Source of the DNA: Candidatus Wolfebacteria bacterium
Lineage (GTDB): Bacteria > Patescibacteriota > Minisyncoccia > Phycocordibacterales > EsbW-18
Assembly (NCBI GenBank): GCA_022616195.1
Contig: JAKEFG010000014.1
Span: 1 to 61,204, forward strand
Direction of reading: 5' to 3'
DNA length: 61,204 bases
In this document: one piece after another, positions 50,606-60,223 of the stretch
Layout: every line of letters begins with the position of its first letter
Numbering within the stretch: the first letter of the stretch is position 1
Program-made: the position numbers and the translations under genes
The notes under the pieces: model-generated
What the model saw: the letters and a program-made list of their open reading frames with translations, nothing else
Database searches by the model: none
What the model was told of the DNA's origin: nothing

Positions 50606-52309
50606 TTATCCCGTGTGCATCTTACGCCAGAGTTCGTAGATACGAATGAGGCGAAGCGTGTCGTAGGATACCGTTTTACCTTCCATCTTTTCTATATACT
50701 CCCGTAACGGCACAAGGCGCTCCCAGCCGTGTTTGTCGGCCGCGCAGCGCGCGGCGGCCAGCGCGCGGTCATCGGGAGCAAGTTTCAAATGCGAAAGGTT
50801 GAGCGGTACGCCTTCTTCAAGCAGTTTCTCAATATGAGAGAATATCGTTCCCGCCGACACACCGCGCTCTTGAGCGATAGCGTTGACGCTCTTTCGCTCC
50901 ATAAGCAATTCGTGCGTTCGGTGGTGCGTCGGCGCGCGTCGAGCGGCGTTTGCCAGTGCCGGGTGCCGCGGCAGAGCGTCTTTGATGTATGTTCCCTTGT
51001 GACGCCTGACAAACTCCTTGTGGCGTTTCTCGCGCTCCTCGTTCGACACCAGAGCAAGGCGGGCTCGCGCATGCGACGAACGCGTCTGGAACTCCGCATC
51101 CGCCCGCCGCACCGCGTCGTCAACGGCAAGCGCCGTGTCATTCAGCGAACCGAGATAGAGTCCTTGCAAACTCCGCACCCGCGAGAGCGCCACGTACCCC
51201 TGCCCGGGCACGAATGCGCCGGAGAGCTCCACATACGCCTCGTCGAGTGTGAGTCCCTGGCTCTTATGCACGGTGAGCGCCCACGCGAGCCGAAGCGGCA
51301 CCTGCGTAATCCGCGCCCGAACGGCTCCGTGCTCCTCAATGCGCCATTCAACCGGCTCGGCGACAACCTTTCTCCCGCTTCGCGTTCTCACCAGCGGATA
51401 CGCGCCGTCAAGACTTTCAACGACGCCGCGTGTGCCGTTGACATACGTGCGCATGGAATCGTTTTTGACAAAGAGCACCTCCGCGCCAACTTTGAGGCGA
51501 AGATTTTCGGGAGCGAGACAGCCGCGCTTGAGCGCTTCCACCAATTTGCTCCCGCCTTTTGTCCGCATCTCGTATATCTTTTCACTGCCGGAAAGCGTAG
51601 CAAGTTTCTCTTCGTTTTCCGCGTCTACATCCTTGTTGTGCGCGTAGAGCCGCGTCACGCCCTCACCAACCGCAGAACGCGCCGTGTGCCGTTCTTCAAG
51701 AACCGCCCGCACCCGTTCCAGCGCGCTCCCGGCTCGAATGTCGTTCAGCATCTCGGCAAAGCGTTCGTCTTCTTTATGTCGCTCGCGGGTTTCCAGATAA
51801 CACACAACAGGCTTCGCTTCGTGCCACGCCTCCGCTTCGTACGCAAAGCGCGCGGGCTCCTCATCCTCGCGGGTGACCGGCGGGAGTTGAAAGAAATCAC
51901 CCGCGAACACCACCGTCATGTCGCCGAACGGTTTATCGCTCATGCGCAATACTTTTCCGATGGCGGAAAGCGCGTCAAGTTGTTCCGCCGAGAGCATGGA
52001 CACCTCGTCTATAATCAGCACTGCCGTGTCTCTCCAGCGCTTGGCGAGCCGCTTGTTCCGTTCAAGCGCGGGAATGTCTTCGTCGGCAAGCCGCTTTCTG
52101 ACACCCAAGCCGGACCACGAGTGCACCGTCTGCCCGCCCAAGTGCGTCGCGGCAATACCGGTTGAGGCAGTGACCGCGTACGGAACGTTCACCGCGGCGA
52201 GCCAGTCGATAAAGCGGTTCACAAGAAAGGTCTTGCCGCTTCCGGCACTTCCGGTGATAAACGCCGTGTGCCCCATTTTCAAAATATCAAGCGCTTCCTC
52301 CTGCCGCAT
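50606..52309 (-). CDS. PIF1/RecD-like ATP-dependent DNA helicase with a C-terminal HTH
   Basis: 567 aa with Walker A GSAGSGKTF, the DEVSM motif, the VHKSQGLTLD motif and a C-terminal IAQERGVSAGTIFSHIEKL. Confidence 0.85.
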   Translation of the reverse strand: MRQEEALDILKMGHTAFITGSAGSGKTFLVNRFIDWLAAVNVPYAVTASTGIAATHLGGQTVHSWSGLGVRKRLADEDIPALERNKRLAKRWRDTAVLIIDEVSMLSAEQLDALSAIGKVLRMSDKPFGDMTVVFAGDFFQLPPVTREDEEPARFAYEAEAWHEAKPVVCYLETRERHKEDERFAEMLNDIRAGSALERVRAVLEERHTARSAVGEGVTRLYAHNKDVDAENEEKLATLSGSEKIYEMRTKGGSKLVEALKRGCLAPENLRLKVGAEVLFVKNDSMRTYVNGTRGVVESLDGAYPLVRTRSGRKVVAEPVEWRIEEHGAVRARITQVPLRLAWALTVHKSQGLTLDEAYVELSGAFVPGQGYVALSRVRSLQGLYLGSLNDTALAVDDAVRRADAEFQTRSSHARARLALVSNEEREKRHKEFVRRHKGTYIKDALPRHPALANAARRAPTHHRTHELLMERKSVNAIAQERGVSAGTIFSHIEKLLEEGVPLNLSHLKLAPDDRALAAARCAADKHGWERLVPLREYIEKMEGKTVSYDTLRLIRIYELWRKMHTG

Positions 52310-52401
52310 AGATCAAGTTCATTAGTTACTTAGTCAGTTAGTTTGTTGGTGCATTCCCCTCCTCCGCGCGATATACCAACATTCTCAAGTTTATTGGTAT
52401 G

Positions 52402-53127
52402 TCAATCAATAAGTTTGAGCAATGGTTCCTCCCAATCAAACATGGTTGACCGACCCTCAAGTATACGGAACGCTTCCGCGCATTTCGGCTCAATCTTTGC
52501 ATACTCCTTGAGCATGTCCACCGACGCGACAATGAGATTGCCGACCGTTCCGTCGGAATCGTCCACCCCTCCCCGCGAGAGCTTCTCGTCAATACGCACA
52601 AGTGTGTCTACGACGAACTTTGCCGTCTGCCGACTCACCGGTAAATCTGAAAAGACAGCCGACAGACGCCTACGCCCTTCCAAGAGCGAGTCCTGGTACG
52701 CAAACCATGTCCGCGACGGACCGTCGTATGACTTGATATATCGCAGAGCCGCGGTGATTTTCTTTTTGGCGGCTGAAAGCTCTGTTTTATTCAACTCCCC
52801 TTTTCTGCCGCTCGATACCACCTCATCAGCGCGTTTTTTGTCTTTTGCCGAGAGCGGTTTGCCGCCGACCGCCGCGCGCATCGCGACCGCCACCATGTGC
52901 TTGCAGAGCGTGTCTTGCTCGCCGAGGTAACAGGTGCAATAGCCGCGGTCAAACCCGCGCGCCGACACAAACACTTCGTAGGAACTCGTACCGAGTACGA
53001 CTGCCGAGTGCCCATCAACCAGCTCGCAAAATCGCGTTACCTTGCCACCCTCATACAAACGAACCGCGCGGTCAAAAATTCCTTTGTCGGTCCCGAACTT
53101 TATGTCCTCAATCGTATACTTTGGCAT
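52402..53127 (-). CDS. SWIM zinc-finger protein
   Basis: 241 aa. CTCYLGEQDTLCKHMVAV fits the CxCx(n)CxH SWIM pattern. Confidence 0.75.
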   Translation of the reverse strand: MPKYTIEDIKFGTDKGIFDRAVRLYEGGKVTRFCELVDGHSAVVLGTSSYEVFVSARGFDRGYCTCYLGEQDTLCKHMVAVAMRAAVGGKPLSAKDKKRADEVVSSGRKGELNKTELSAAKKKITAALRYIKSYDGPSRTWFAYQDSLLEGRRRLSAVFSDLPVSRQTAKFVVDTLVRIDEKLSRGGVDDSDGTVGNLIVASVDMLKEYAKIEPKCAEAFRILEGRSTMFDWEEPLLKLID

Positions 53128-53260
53128 TTGGCGTGTTATTTCTCCAAATAAACCCTGTTACCCCGCAGCAAGCTGACGGGGCAATCTCTTCGAGTATACC
53201 AAAGAAAATTCCCCGCCTCGTTTCGGAGACGGGCGGGGCACGGAACACACGCGGGGATTC

Positions 53261-54386
53261 TCACGGCGGGTTGTTCTCACCCTGCCTGATGATAAACGCA
53301 TCCAGCAAGTCCACCAGGTTGTCACCATCGTAGATTCGGACCTTCCACACGAACAGGTCTGCGGCAGTAAACCCGCACTGCGGCAGGTGGAAATCGGCAA
53401 AGGTCACCATGTGCTGGATGAACAATGGGGTGTACGCCGAAGACAGACCTTCAACCCCATTGAAGAACGTGCTCCCAAGAGATGTGCCCGACGCCGAGAA
53501 GTTAATAGAGCACGACGGCTCGTTCTCCCTCACCGTCAGGATTCGTAGAGAAAGCGAGGGGTGAGGACCAGCGCCGACCGACGGGAAGAACGCCGCAACG
53601 GTAAAGCCACTTTCCTTGAACGGTCCCATGCTCTGCAGGTCCATCAACTCAAAGAACGGTTGGTTTGCGTGATTGGGGTCAGGGGTAGCGTTGATAAAGA
53701 CGCCGTCCCCTGGTTCACACGGGTTTCCTTCAACGAAGTTGAGGAATCCGCTGCAGGGCAGAGGGACACGGTTGAGATTGATGAAGTCGGTGGGGTTGGT
53801 GTAGTCAGCTGCTACCTCTATCTCGCTTTTCTTGCAGGGAAAAACCGATGCGAGGTCGTCAAACTTCCTCACTTCAAAGTGCAGATGATACGGCAGACAG
53901 CCGTTGCTGTTTCCTACCGTGCCCACCTGCTCGCCGCGATGCACCTCGTCTCCTATCTGCCACGGCAGTCCGGTGTGCGGGTTATTGCTTACTTCCCCGA
54001 GGTGCCCGTATTGGGTATCGGGGTTCGTCACCGTGCCGCGCTTCGGGAAGCGCGAACGTGCCTGTGTGCCCGATGAGGACGATGTTGCCCCAGCAGGAGC
54101 CGGCTTGTCCGGCAAATTTGATGGTGCCGTCTCCCGCAGCGTACACGGAATCGCCCGCGTCGTCGCCGTCAAGGGCGTTGAGGTCTTGGCCGGGATGGTA
54201 CACCGCCCCACACGAGTACGACGTGGTGTCGAGCGTGAGAAAGTCGTTCGCCCCGATGGTGATGCCGTATCCCTCACCGTCGGGCGGGTTGAGCGGGAAG
54301 TTAAAGCCATCGGTGGTCAGCGTCTGTGCACCGGCCGAGAGAGCCGCGAGGAGCAGAGCGCTCCCGAGAACTGTTGCTTGCTTCAC
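53261..54386 (-). CDS. Secreted M23 (LytM-type) peptidase with an unknown C-terminal domain; apparent +1 frameshift at 54045-54047
   Basis: ORF 53982..54386 carries the signal peptide and HPGQDLN. ORF 53261..54310 carries YGHL...GDEVHRGEQVGTVGNSNGCLPYHLHFEV. Removing one G from the GGG at 54045-54047 joins them as ...GTFALPKRGTVTNPDTQYGHL... Confidence 0.75.
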
Positions 54387-54399
54387 CTATATGCTCCTT

Positions 54400-55215
54400 T
54401 CAGTTGAACTCAAGCGAGTTGAGTATCTGGGTGAAGGTGTCAAGAGAGACGTACACCGGGTCGATGCCGATGCCGTTGGTAACTCGGTAAATGCGAGTAT
54501 CTACAGCGAGAACGACCGAACCAGTATCGAGACTTTGAAGTACCTCGCGACCAGCGATGGTTGTGAGCATGTAGATCGAGCTCCAGTCTCCGTCAGGAGT
54601 GGGCCAGTTTTGCTGATCTGCCCACTCACTTATACTCAGACTTTCAGGATTCAACTCCCTCCATGAGACAGAGACACCCTGAGAAGGATTAGATGAGTTG
54701 AGCAGTCCGAAGTTCTGCCCTTGTGGCTGGGCTTCGAATTCCTGCAGCTGAAACTCCCCTGGGTAGCTGATGGTGAAGCCGCCTGCCTCACTTGCCACAC
54801 TCGGCCACACGATGGTAACCGTAGCCGGGAGCGGCTTTGCGAGGGTCTGGCTGCCGTCCGCTGGGCGGACGTGGAGCGTCCCTTCTAGAGTTTCGGGGTC
54901 GGCATCGACCGACGCGGTGAAAGCGAGCGTCACGGTGTTGACGCTTCCATCGGTGACACCAAGGAACGAGTTGGGTGAGACCGTGAGAACGTCCGCGAGT
55001 TCGGGTACCGGCTCGATGACGACATCGCCGATGTCCTCGTTCGCGGTGAACGAGACGTTCACTTCGGTCGGTTCGGCACCGACAGTTGCCGTCGCCGAGA
55101 CCGTTCGAGGCGACCAGATGACGGGATAATTCCCCTGCGAGGCGGCGTACGCTGCGCCGAGGGCAGCAACGACAAACACCACGACTGCGATTGCGATGAT
55201 GTGTATTTTGCTCAT
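54400..55215 (-). CDS. Hypothetical secreted or membrane-anchored protein
   Basis: 271 aa with an N-terminal TM/signal segment (IIAIAVVVFVVAALGAAYA). I recognise no family. Confidence 0.5.
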   Translation of the reverse strand: MSKIHIIAIAVVVFVVAALGAAYAASQGNYPVIWSPRTVSATATVGAEPTEVNVSFTANEDIGDVVIEPVPELADVLTVSPNSFLGVTDGSVNTVTLAFTASVDADPETLEGTLHVRPADGSQTLAKPLPATVTIVWPSVASEAGGFTISYPGEFQLQEFEAQPQGQNFGLLNSSNPSQGVSVSWRELNPESLSISEWADQQNWPTPDGDWSSIYMLTTIAGREVLQSLDTGSVVLAVDTRIYRVTNGIGIDPVYVSLDTFTQILNSLEFN

Positions 55216-55527
55216 GACCCTAGTTTACTCCTCCCTATGTGTGTTGTGAAGAACTTATGTGCACAAGCCGCCGCGTGGCGGCTTGGTATTTCCGAGAAGA
55301 GTATAACAGGTTACAACACTACCACCAACACCCCACTGCAACGACACCCATTCGGGAGTCTAACTCCCCACAGAGCCCCGATCGTCTCCACAAACGATTT
55401 CAATGCGGGATAGAAACTTTCTTCCCGCGCATCGCCGCGCTTGCCGGCATCAAAAACCTCTTTGAGATAGCCGGCAATAATGCTTTTGCCCTGTTGTGCC
55501 TCTTGTTTTGAAGCCACTGCAGGTTCA

Positions 55528-55571
55528 GTATACCCCGCACCATTTTTAAATAAAAATGGTGCGGGGTATAC
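55528..55571. repeat. GTATACCC-type hairpin (GTATACCCCGCACCATTTTTA-AA-TAAAAATGGTGCGGGGTATAC)
   Basis: 21-bp perfect arms. Overlapping ORFs on both strands read the same KNGAGYT peptide here, as expected for a palindrome. Confidence 0.85.
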
Positions 55572-55626
55572 CCGCTCACTAGTGCTAATGCGAACGGAGC
55601 CGTCGGAGAGTGTTTCTCCAACGGCT

Positions 55627-55947
55627 CTAGCCAAAACAAATCTTGATGGAGAGATTGCGCACAGCGCGCGCAACCGCAAGCTTGGTACGCTGAACGTCTC
55701 CAGAAAACACACGGATTTCCTGTGCTCCGCCGTTACCAATCACGGCGAGGCGTATCCCACCGCTCATGTCGGAAATCTTCACACGGGGCTGTGAGCTTCC
55801 TGACACCCGCGCATTGATGCCCCCGATAGTGACGTTTGTCACTTCGGGTCTTGTGACGACAAGGTCTGCGACCTTTGCCGCCGCATCCGTCAGCGTACTG
55901 TGTCTGCCCCCGAACTTTCCGCCTTTTCGGTGTGGCTGTCCTCCCAT
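55627..55947 (-). CDS. Small hypothetical protein, possibly DUF2103-like
   Basis: 106 aa. The pattern GRHSTLTD...VTNVTIGGI...GGIRLAV..NGGAQEIRVF resembles, from memory, DUF2103-type small proteins. This identification is not verified. Confidence 0.4.
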   Translation of the reverse strand: MGGQPHRKGGKFGGRHSTLTDAAAKVADLVVTRPEVTNVTIGGINARVSGSSQPRVKISDMSGGIRLAVIGNGGAQEIRVFSGDVQRTKLAVARAVRNLSIKICFG

Positions 55948-56040
55948 TAAGAATCTCCTTTCCGAGGGAATTATACACCTCTTTACTAATTACATCAATT
56001 TAAACCACCCGCCCCTGCGAGTTGTAGGGGCGGGTGGTTT

Positions 56041-56068
56041 GCTAAGCGCTAGGTGCTAGCGGCTAGGT
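56041..56068. repeat. Heptanucleotide stop array downstream of the SleB-like gene
   Basis: TAA starts at 56043. TAG starts at 56050, 56057 and 56064. Confidence 0.8.
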
Positions 56069-56070
56069 GT

Positions 56071-56661
56071 TTATTTAATGTTGGAGTAGAAGGCGAAGCG
56101 GAGCGAGCCGGATATGGGATCGGGTACGGTATGCGACGGCGTTTCTCCCTGTGCCCAGAGCGGCGTTCGGCGAACAGCAATCGGTGAGTAGAAGTGCGTG
56201 ACACCAGAGGCAATCGGGCGCACGGAATCATCGGCAAAGTACACGTCGTTTGCTACCGCAATAGCGCTTTCCCACCCGACCGCCGCGTCATCAAAATCAA
56301 GCGTGGTATTGAGTGAGTAGTGACGGTCCGAGGAGTTGAGTCCCGAGAACTGTTTGGGCTGGAGTACGACTTCCTGATACGTATTCGGATACTTGCTTGA
56401 GGCAACACGGTTCCGGATGACCCACGCGACGAGCTCCTGCTCCTTGCGCACCTTGGTCTCCGAATAGACCGCGCGGGCAAGCCAGAGGATTTCCTCAAGT
56501 TCCCCGGTATCTGCCTCCGGGGCATATGCGCGGGCGATCAAAGGCACGCCCCAGAAGGTATGGGCAGAGAACATGAGTCCGAGAACACCCAAAAGTCCGA
56601 AAACGGCGGCAACCGCCTTGGATATGGGAACATCATCGGACTGACGGGTAACAGATTTCAT
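56071..56661 (-). CDS. Cell-wall hydrolase, SleB domain (Hydrolase_2)
   Basis: 196 aa with an N-terminal TM segment, then LARAVYSETKVRKEQELVAWVIRNRV and QPKQFS. Confidence 0.8.
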   Translation of the reverse strand: MKSVTRQSDDVPISKAVAAVFGLLGVLGLMFSAHTFWGVPLIARAYAPEADTGELEEILWLARAVYSETKVRKEQELVAWVIRNRVASSKYPNTYQEVVLQPKQFSGLNSSDRHYSLNTTLDFDDAAVGWESAIAVANDVYFADDSVRPIASGVTHFYSPIAVRRTPLWAQGETPSHTVPDPISGSLRFAFYSNIK

Positions 56662-56946
56662 AGAGTTTATGTATGATACTTAGTGTTAGAAACGAAAATT
56701 CCCGCTGACGCGGGATTCGCTGCCTCTTACGAGGACAGCTCTATCCTAGCATGGCCTCATAAAAAAGTCAATACTTGGCAATCTTCCCTTGTGTCTGTCA
56801 ACCAATGGCTCTGTTGAGCCGCCCGGGAGTAAATTCTCTTTTAGGGACGCGGAGGAAATCCCCGGGCGATTGTGCCCGATGTTGCACCAAAACCCTGCTT
56901 AGACACCCGCATCTGCTATACCCCCTCACCTTTTTGAACATGCGGG

Positions 56947-56992
56947 GTATACCCAGCACCGCTTTTGCGAACAAAAGCGGTGCTGGGTATAC
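56947..56992. repeat. GTATACCC-type hairpin (GTATACCCAGCACCGCTTTTG-CGAA-CAAAAGCGGTGCTGGGTATAC)
   Basis: 21-bp perfect arms, in the divergent spacer between the sleB-like and sod genes. A partial extra arm, TATACCCC, lies at 56917-56924. Confidence 0.85.
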
Positions 56993-57030
56993 TTGAGAGC
57001 ACTCCCCGCATTAACCACAGCAAACCACCT

Positions 57031-57636
57031 ATGCATCACTACGAGACCAAAAAATTCGTCCTCCCCTCTCTGAAGGGCATCTCGGAAAAGCAAATAACTG
57101 AACATCTCAAGCTCTATGAGGGCTATGTGAAGCATGTCAATAAGATTTCCGAGCAAGTGAAGGAATGGCTTGCCGAGGACGAGGAAAAATACAGCTATCC
57201 CATAAGCGAACTTTGGCGGCGCCTCTCATTTGAGTTTAACGGCATGCGAAGCCACGAATACTACTTCAACGCGCTTGAAGGCGGTGCCGCGGCGTTTGAC
57301 CCTGAAAGCCCGCTTGGCAAGGCACTCGTCGCACAGTATGGGAGCTACGAGAACTGGGCAAAGGTGTTTACCCGGGTGGCAAAAACCCGCGGGTCCGGCT
57401 GGACTATGCTCTACTACGATCGGCACAGCGACGACAAGCCCTTCATCGTCGGCTGGATAGATGAGCACCACATCGGGTATTTGTCATCCCTCCCTCTTGT
57501 GCTCGCGCTTGACTGCTGGGAGCACGCCTACATGGTGGACTACACCCCCGGCGAACGTGGAAAGTACATCTCTGCTTATCTCAATAATATAAACTGGGAA
57601 GTGGTTGAACAAAACTTCCAGAACGCACAGTCCTAG
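57031..57636 (+). CDS. Fe/Mn superoxide dismutase family protein
   Basis: 201 aa with a C-terminal DCWEHAYMVDY (the D.WEHAY ligand motif). The N-terminal helical hairpin is diverged: EHLKLYEGYV replaces H..KHH..YV. I chose the ATG at 57031 as the start. Confidence 0.8.
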   Translation: MHHYETKKFVLPSLKGISEKQITEHLKLYEGYVKHVNKISEQVKEWLAEDEEKYSYPISELWRRLSFEFNGMRSHEYYFNALEGGAAAFDPESPLGKALVAQYGSYENWAKVFTRVAKTRGSGWTMLYYDRHSDDKPFIVGWIDEHHIGYLSSLPLVLALDCWEHAYMVDYTPGERGKYISAYLNNINWEVVEQNFQNAQS

Positions 57637-57786
57637 CCACCTTAGAGATAAGAAATCCGAGGATTTCTGCCGAAATGTATTTCGGATCTCTAACGGGGTG
57701 GATAACTGGTTTGGGCAGATTGTACAGTAACAGGTACAATAGAACCGTACACGTACATTATCAGTTTATATACACATAACCCGCAT

Positions 57787-58029
57787 ATGACGACATTGAT
57801 GCTTGCCGCGCTCGCCATTATCGGTCTCGCGTGGCTCATGCAGCTTCTCAATGCCTGGAAGCATGGAAGGAGTTTGTCAGATACCTTCCTCCTCACCTAT
57901 GGCATTGGTACAGCGCTTCTCCTTGTTGACGGAGCACAAACTGGGTTCTCAGCGATCACGTGGATTTACCTGATTACGCTCCTTATCGTTGCGCTGGTCT
58001 ACATCCGCATACACCGAACTCAAGGGTAG
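57787..58029 (+). CDS. Small hypothetical membrane protein (3 TM helices)
   Basis: 80-aa hydrophobic ORF. Its TAG stop is the first unit of a heptad array. Confidence 0.45.
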   Translation: MTTLMLAALAIIGLAWLMQLLNAWKHGRSLSDTFLLTYGIGTALLLVDGAQTGFSAITWIYLITLLIVALVYIRIHRTQG

Positions 58030-58059
58030 CGACTAGCCGCTAGCATCTAGCGCCTAGCC
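58027..58059. repeat. Heptanucleotide stop array beginning with the stop codon of the 57787..58029 ORF
   Basis: TAG starts at 58027, 58034, 58041, 58048 and 58055. Confidence 0.9.
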
Positions 58060-59594
58060 AGATTGGAACCAGAGTCAGCCACCACCCCCGCGGCTGCGGG
58101 GGTGGTGGTTTTCTTCTTATGAAAATACACGAGAAGCGCCACATACGCGCCGTAGAGGAGAAACATTCCCCACGCGGGGAATACCGGAAGCGCGACTGAC
58201 ACAAACGGAATATCGGCAAACAAGGACACCACGCCAAGAATGTACGACAGGAGTCCGTAGCTCGCATAGGCAAACGGAAGCGAGAGAACGGTACTCACCA
58301 GCCCGACCATGCCGGCGAAAAATCCAACGAACATCGTCACAGGCACCGCCGCAAGTACGAGAATGTTTACGGGAAGCGCCGCGAGCGAGAGCTGTCCCAC
58401 TTGAAACAAGAGAAGTGGGAGGACAAAAATCTGCGTTGCGAGCGTCGCCACGATTACCTCCCGCAACTGCCACTTGGTTGACACGAAATGGAGACGCGTT
58501 TCAATGATCGGCGCGACGTAGATGAGCCCAAGCGTCGCCAGAAATGAGAGCTGAAACGACGGGTCAAAGGCGAGAATCTTCGGACTCACCAGGACCATCA
58601 GAAACCCGGCGACAAAGAGGGCGCGGGTGATGTCATAGGTTCTCCCCGTCGCCCGCGCCAATACCACGAGGAGTGCCATGATAGACGCGCGGACAATCGT
58701 CGCCGAGCCGCCCGTCATCACCGCAAAGAGCACGATGCCGAGCGCACCAAAGCCGATGGCGGCAAGGTGCGGCAGGAACATTCCCGCAAACCGCATGATT
58801 GCTTCAGCAATGATGGTCACGTTGTAACCGGAGAGCACAACGATGTGAATAATGCCCGTCGCGCGAAAGTCATCAAGAAGCTCGTCGCCGAGCGATTCTT
58901 GCGCGCCCACGACCAAGCCGCCGAGGAGCGCCGCGTGGGGCTCCGGCACCACCCGCTCCACACGCGAGAGAAACGCATTCTTAAACCCGAAGAGAAGGCG
59001 CTTTACGGGATTGCCGTACCCACTCTCCAGAAACTCAACCTCGGGATAGAGCATTTGGTAGAAAATATTATCCTTGGCAAGATACGCGGGGTAATCAAAG
59101 AGGCGTCCGTTGTCCGTCTCAAACGCTTCCGGCTCTTTGAGCGTTCCGGTGACGCGTACCTTGTCGCCGTAGTTGTACTTCGGGCGCGTCGCGGCAAGAA
59201 CAAGTATCTTTGCGTCCTCTTCCCCTACTATACTATTTTCTACATTCTCTATTCTGATGCGAAGTTGTTGGGTTCTCTCCTTGTGTATTGGCTCGTCAAT
59301 CACCACCCCTTCAAGCGTTACTTTCGCATCAAGAAACTCGTCAAGCGCGTGGCGCGGTGCAAACGCGTCGGCAAGGTCAAAGCGAAGCATGCCGAGTGCC
59401 GCCGCAATACAGACAAGCGGAACAAAGAGGAGCACCGTGTTGTGCTGTGCGAGAAGTACGTAAGCGCCGAGCACAACGCCGAGAAAGAGTACAAAAAGCG
59501 AGAACGAGAGTCCGAAATCAACAAACGAGCGGAGAAACACCCCTGCCACAAAGCTCCCTATGCCCACATAAAACCACCGCGCCGCACTATCCAT
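58047..59594 (-). CDS. comEC: DNA internalisation competence protein ComEC/Rec2 (DUF4131 plus competence domain; no MBL domain)
   Basis: 515 aa, polytopic. It contains FRATGIIHIVVLSGYNV and SFLATLGLI motifs typical of the ComEC channel domain. Confidence 0.85.
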   Translation of the reverse strand: MDSAARWFYVGIGSFVAGVFLRSFVDFGLSFSLFVLFLGVVLGAYVLLAQHNTVLLFVPLVCIAAALGMLRFDLADAFAPRHALDEFLDAKVTLEGVVIDEPIHKERTQQLRIRIENVENSIVGEEDAKILVLAATRPKYNYGDKVRVTGTLKEPEAFETDNGRLFDYPAYLAKDNIFYQMLYPEVEFLESGYGNPVKRLLFGFKNAFLSRVERVVPEPHAALLGGLVVGAQESLGDELLDDFRATGIIHIVVLSGYNVTIIAEAIMRFAGMFLPHLAAIGFGALGIVLFAVMTGGSATIVRASIMALLVVLARATGRTYDITRALFVAGFLMVLVSPKILAFDPSFQLSFLATLGLIYVAPIIETRLHFVSTKWQLREVIVATLATQIFVLPLLLFQVGQLSLAALPVNILVLAAVPVTMFVGFFAGMVGLVSTVLSLPFAYASYGLLSYILGVVSLFADIPFVSVALPVFPAWGMFLLYGAYVALLVYFHKKKTTTPAAAGVVADSGSNLARR

Positions 59595-59612
59595 AGCAAC
59601 AATGGTAGCACG

Positions 59613-60185
59613 CTAATCTAGCTGCGAGCCTGCACGTAAAAACAACAATGCCGATACGGCAAACAACACAGCGAAAATAGCATTGAAAACAAATACACCG
59701 ATGACACCCGCATCACCCCAGGATGCCTGGGCTGGCCAAACAAAAAGCGCAAACGCAGGAACTAAAAATTGGATGCCTGCCGCCGCGAACAGTGTGCGTG
59801 CCATGCCGCGCGGTTTAAAGCGTGCTACAAGAGAACCGATAAGCCCAACGGCAAATACCGCCCCGTACAGCAGATTGGCGGGGTTGTCTTCGCTCCCGAT
59901 GATGCCGACAGCTCCGTTAACCCAACCGAGGAGAAACGCTCCGAGAAGCCCAATACCAAAAGCAAAACGGTACATCCTATTCCGTGTCTTTAGCCATTGC
60001 CGCGTTTCATAAGCGCCGCCAATAGCCATGAGTATGATGCCGTAGGCAACGGCTTCATTCCACTGCACTTCATTGGTGAACTCCATCGTCAGAGGTATCA
60101 GCACTATAAGCACTATGACGACGGCCCACACTACCTGTCTTTTTGTAATGTTTTGCATACTATAGTTAGCTGGCTGCCAGCCCAA
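59613..60185 (-). CDS. Hypothetical integral membrane protein
   Basis: 190 aa with about 6 TM helices. I recognise no family. Confidence 0.5.
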   Translation of the reverse strand: MGWQPANYSMQNITKRQVVWAVVIVLIVLIPLTMEFTNEVQWNEAVAYGIILMAIGGAYETRQWLKTRNRMYRFAFGIGLLGAFLLGWVNGAVGIIGSEDNPANLLYGAVFAVGLIGSLVARFKPRGMARTLFAAAGIQFLVPAFALFVWPAQASWGDAGVIGVFVFNAIFAVLFAVSALLFLRAGSQLD

Positions 60186-60223
60186 GGCTGGTAAACATGC
60201 TTGCTCTGTTTTTAATACAGAAG

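Noticed and set aside
17020-58059. CRISPR array interpretation of the periodic CTAG arrays and palindromic repeats.
   Set aside because: The repeat units are only 7 nt long with no spacers. The longer palindromes are single dispersed copies, not regularly spaced arrays. No cas genes are present.
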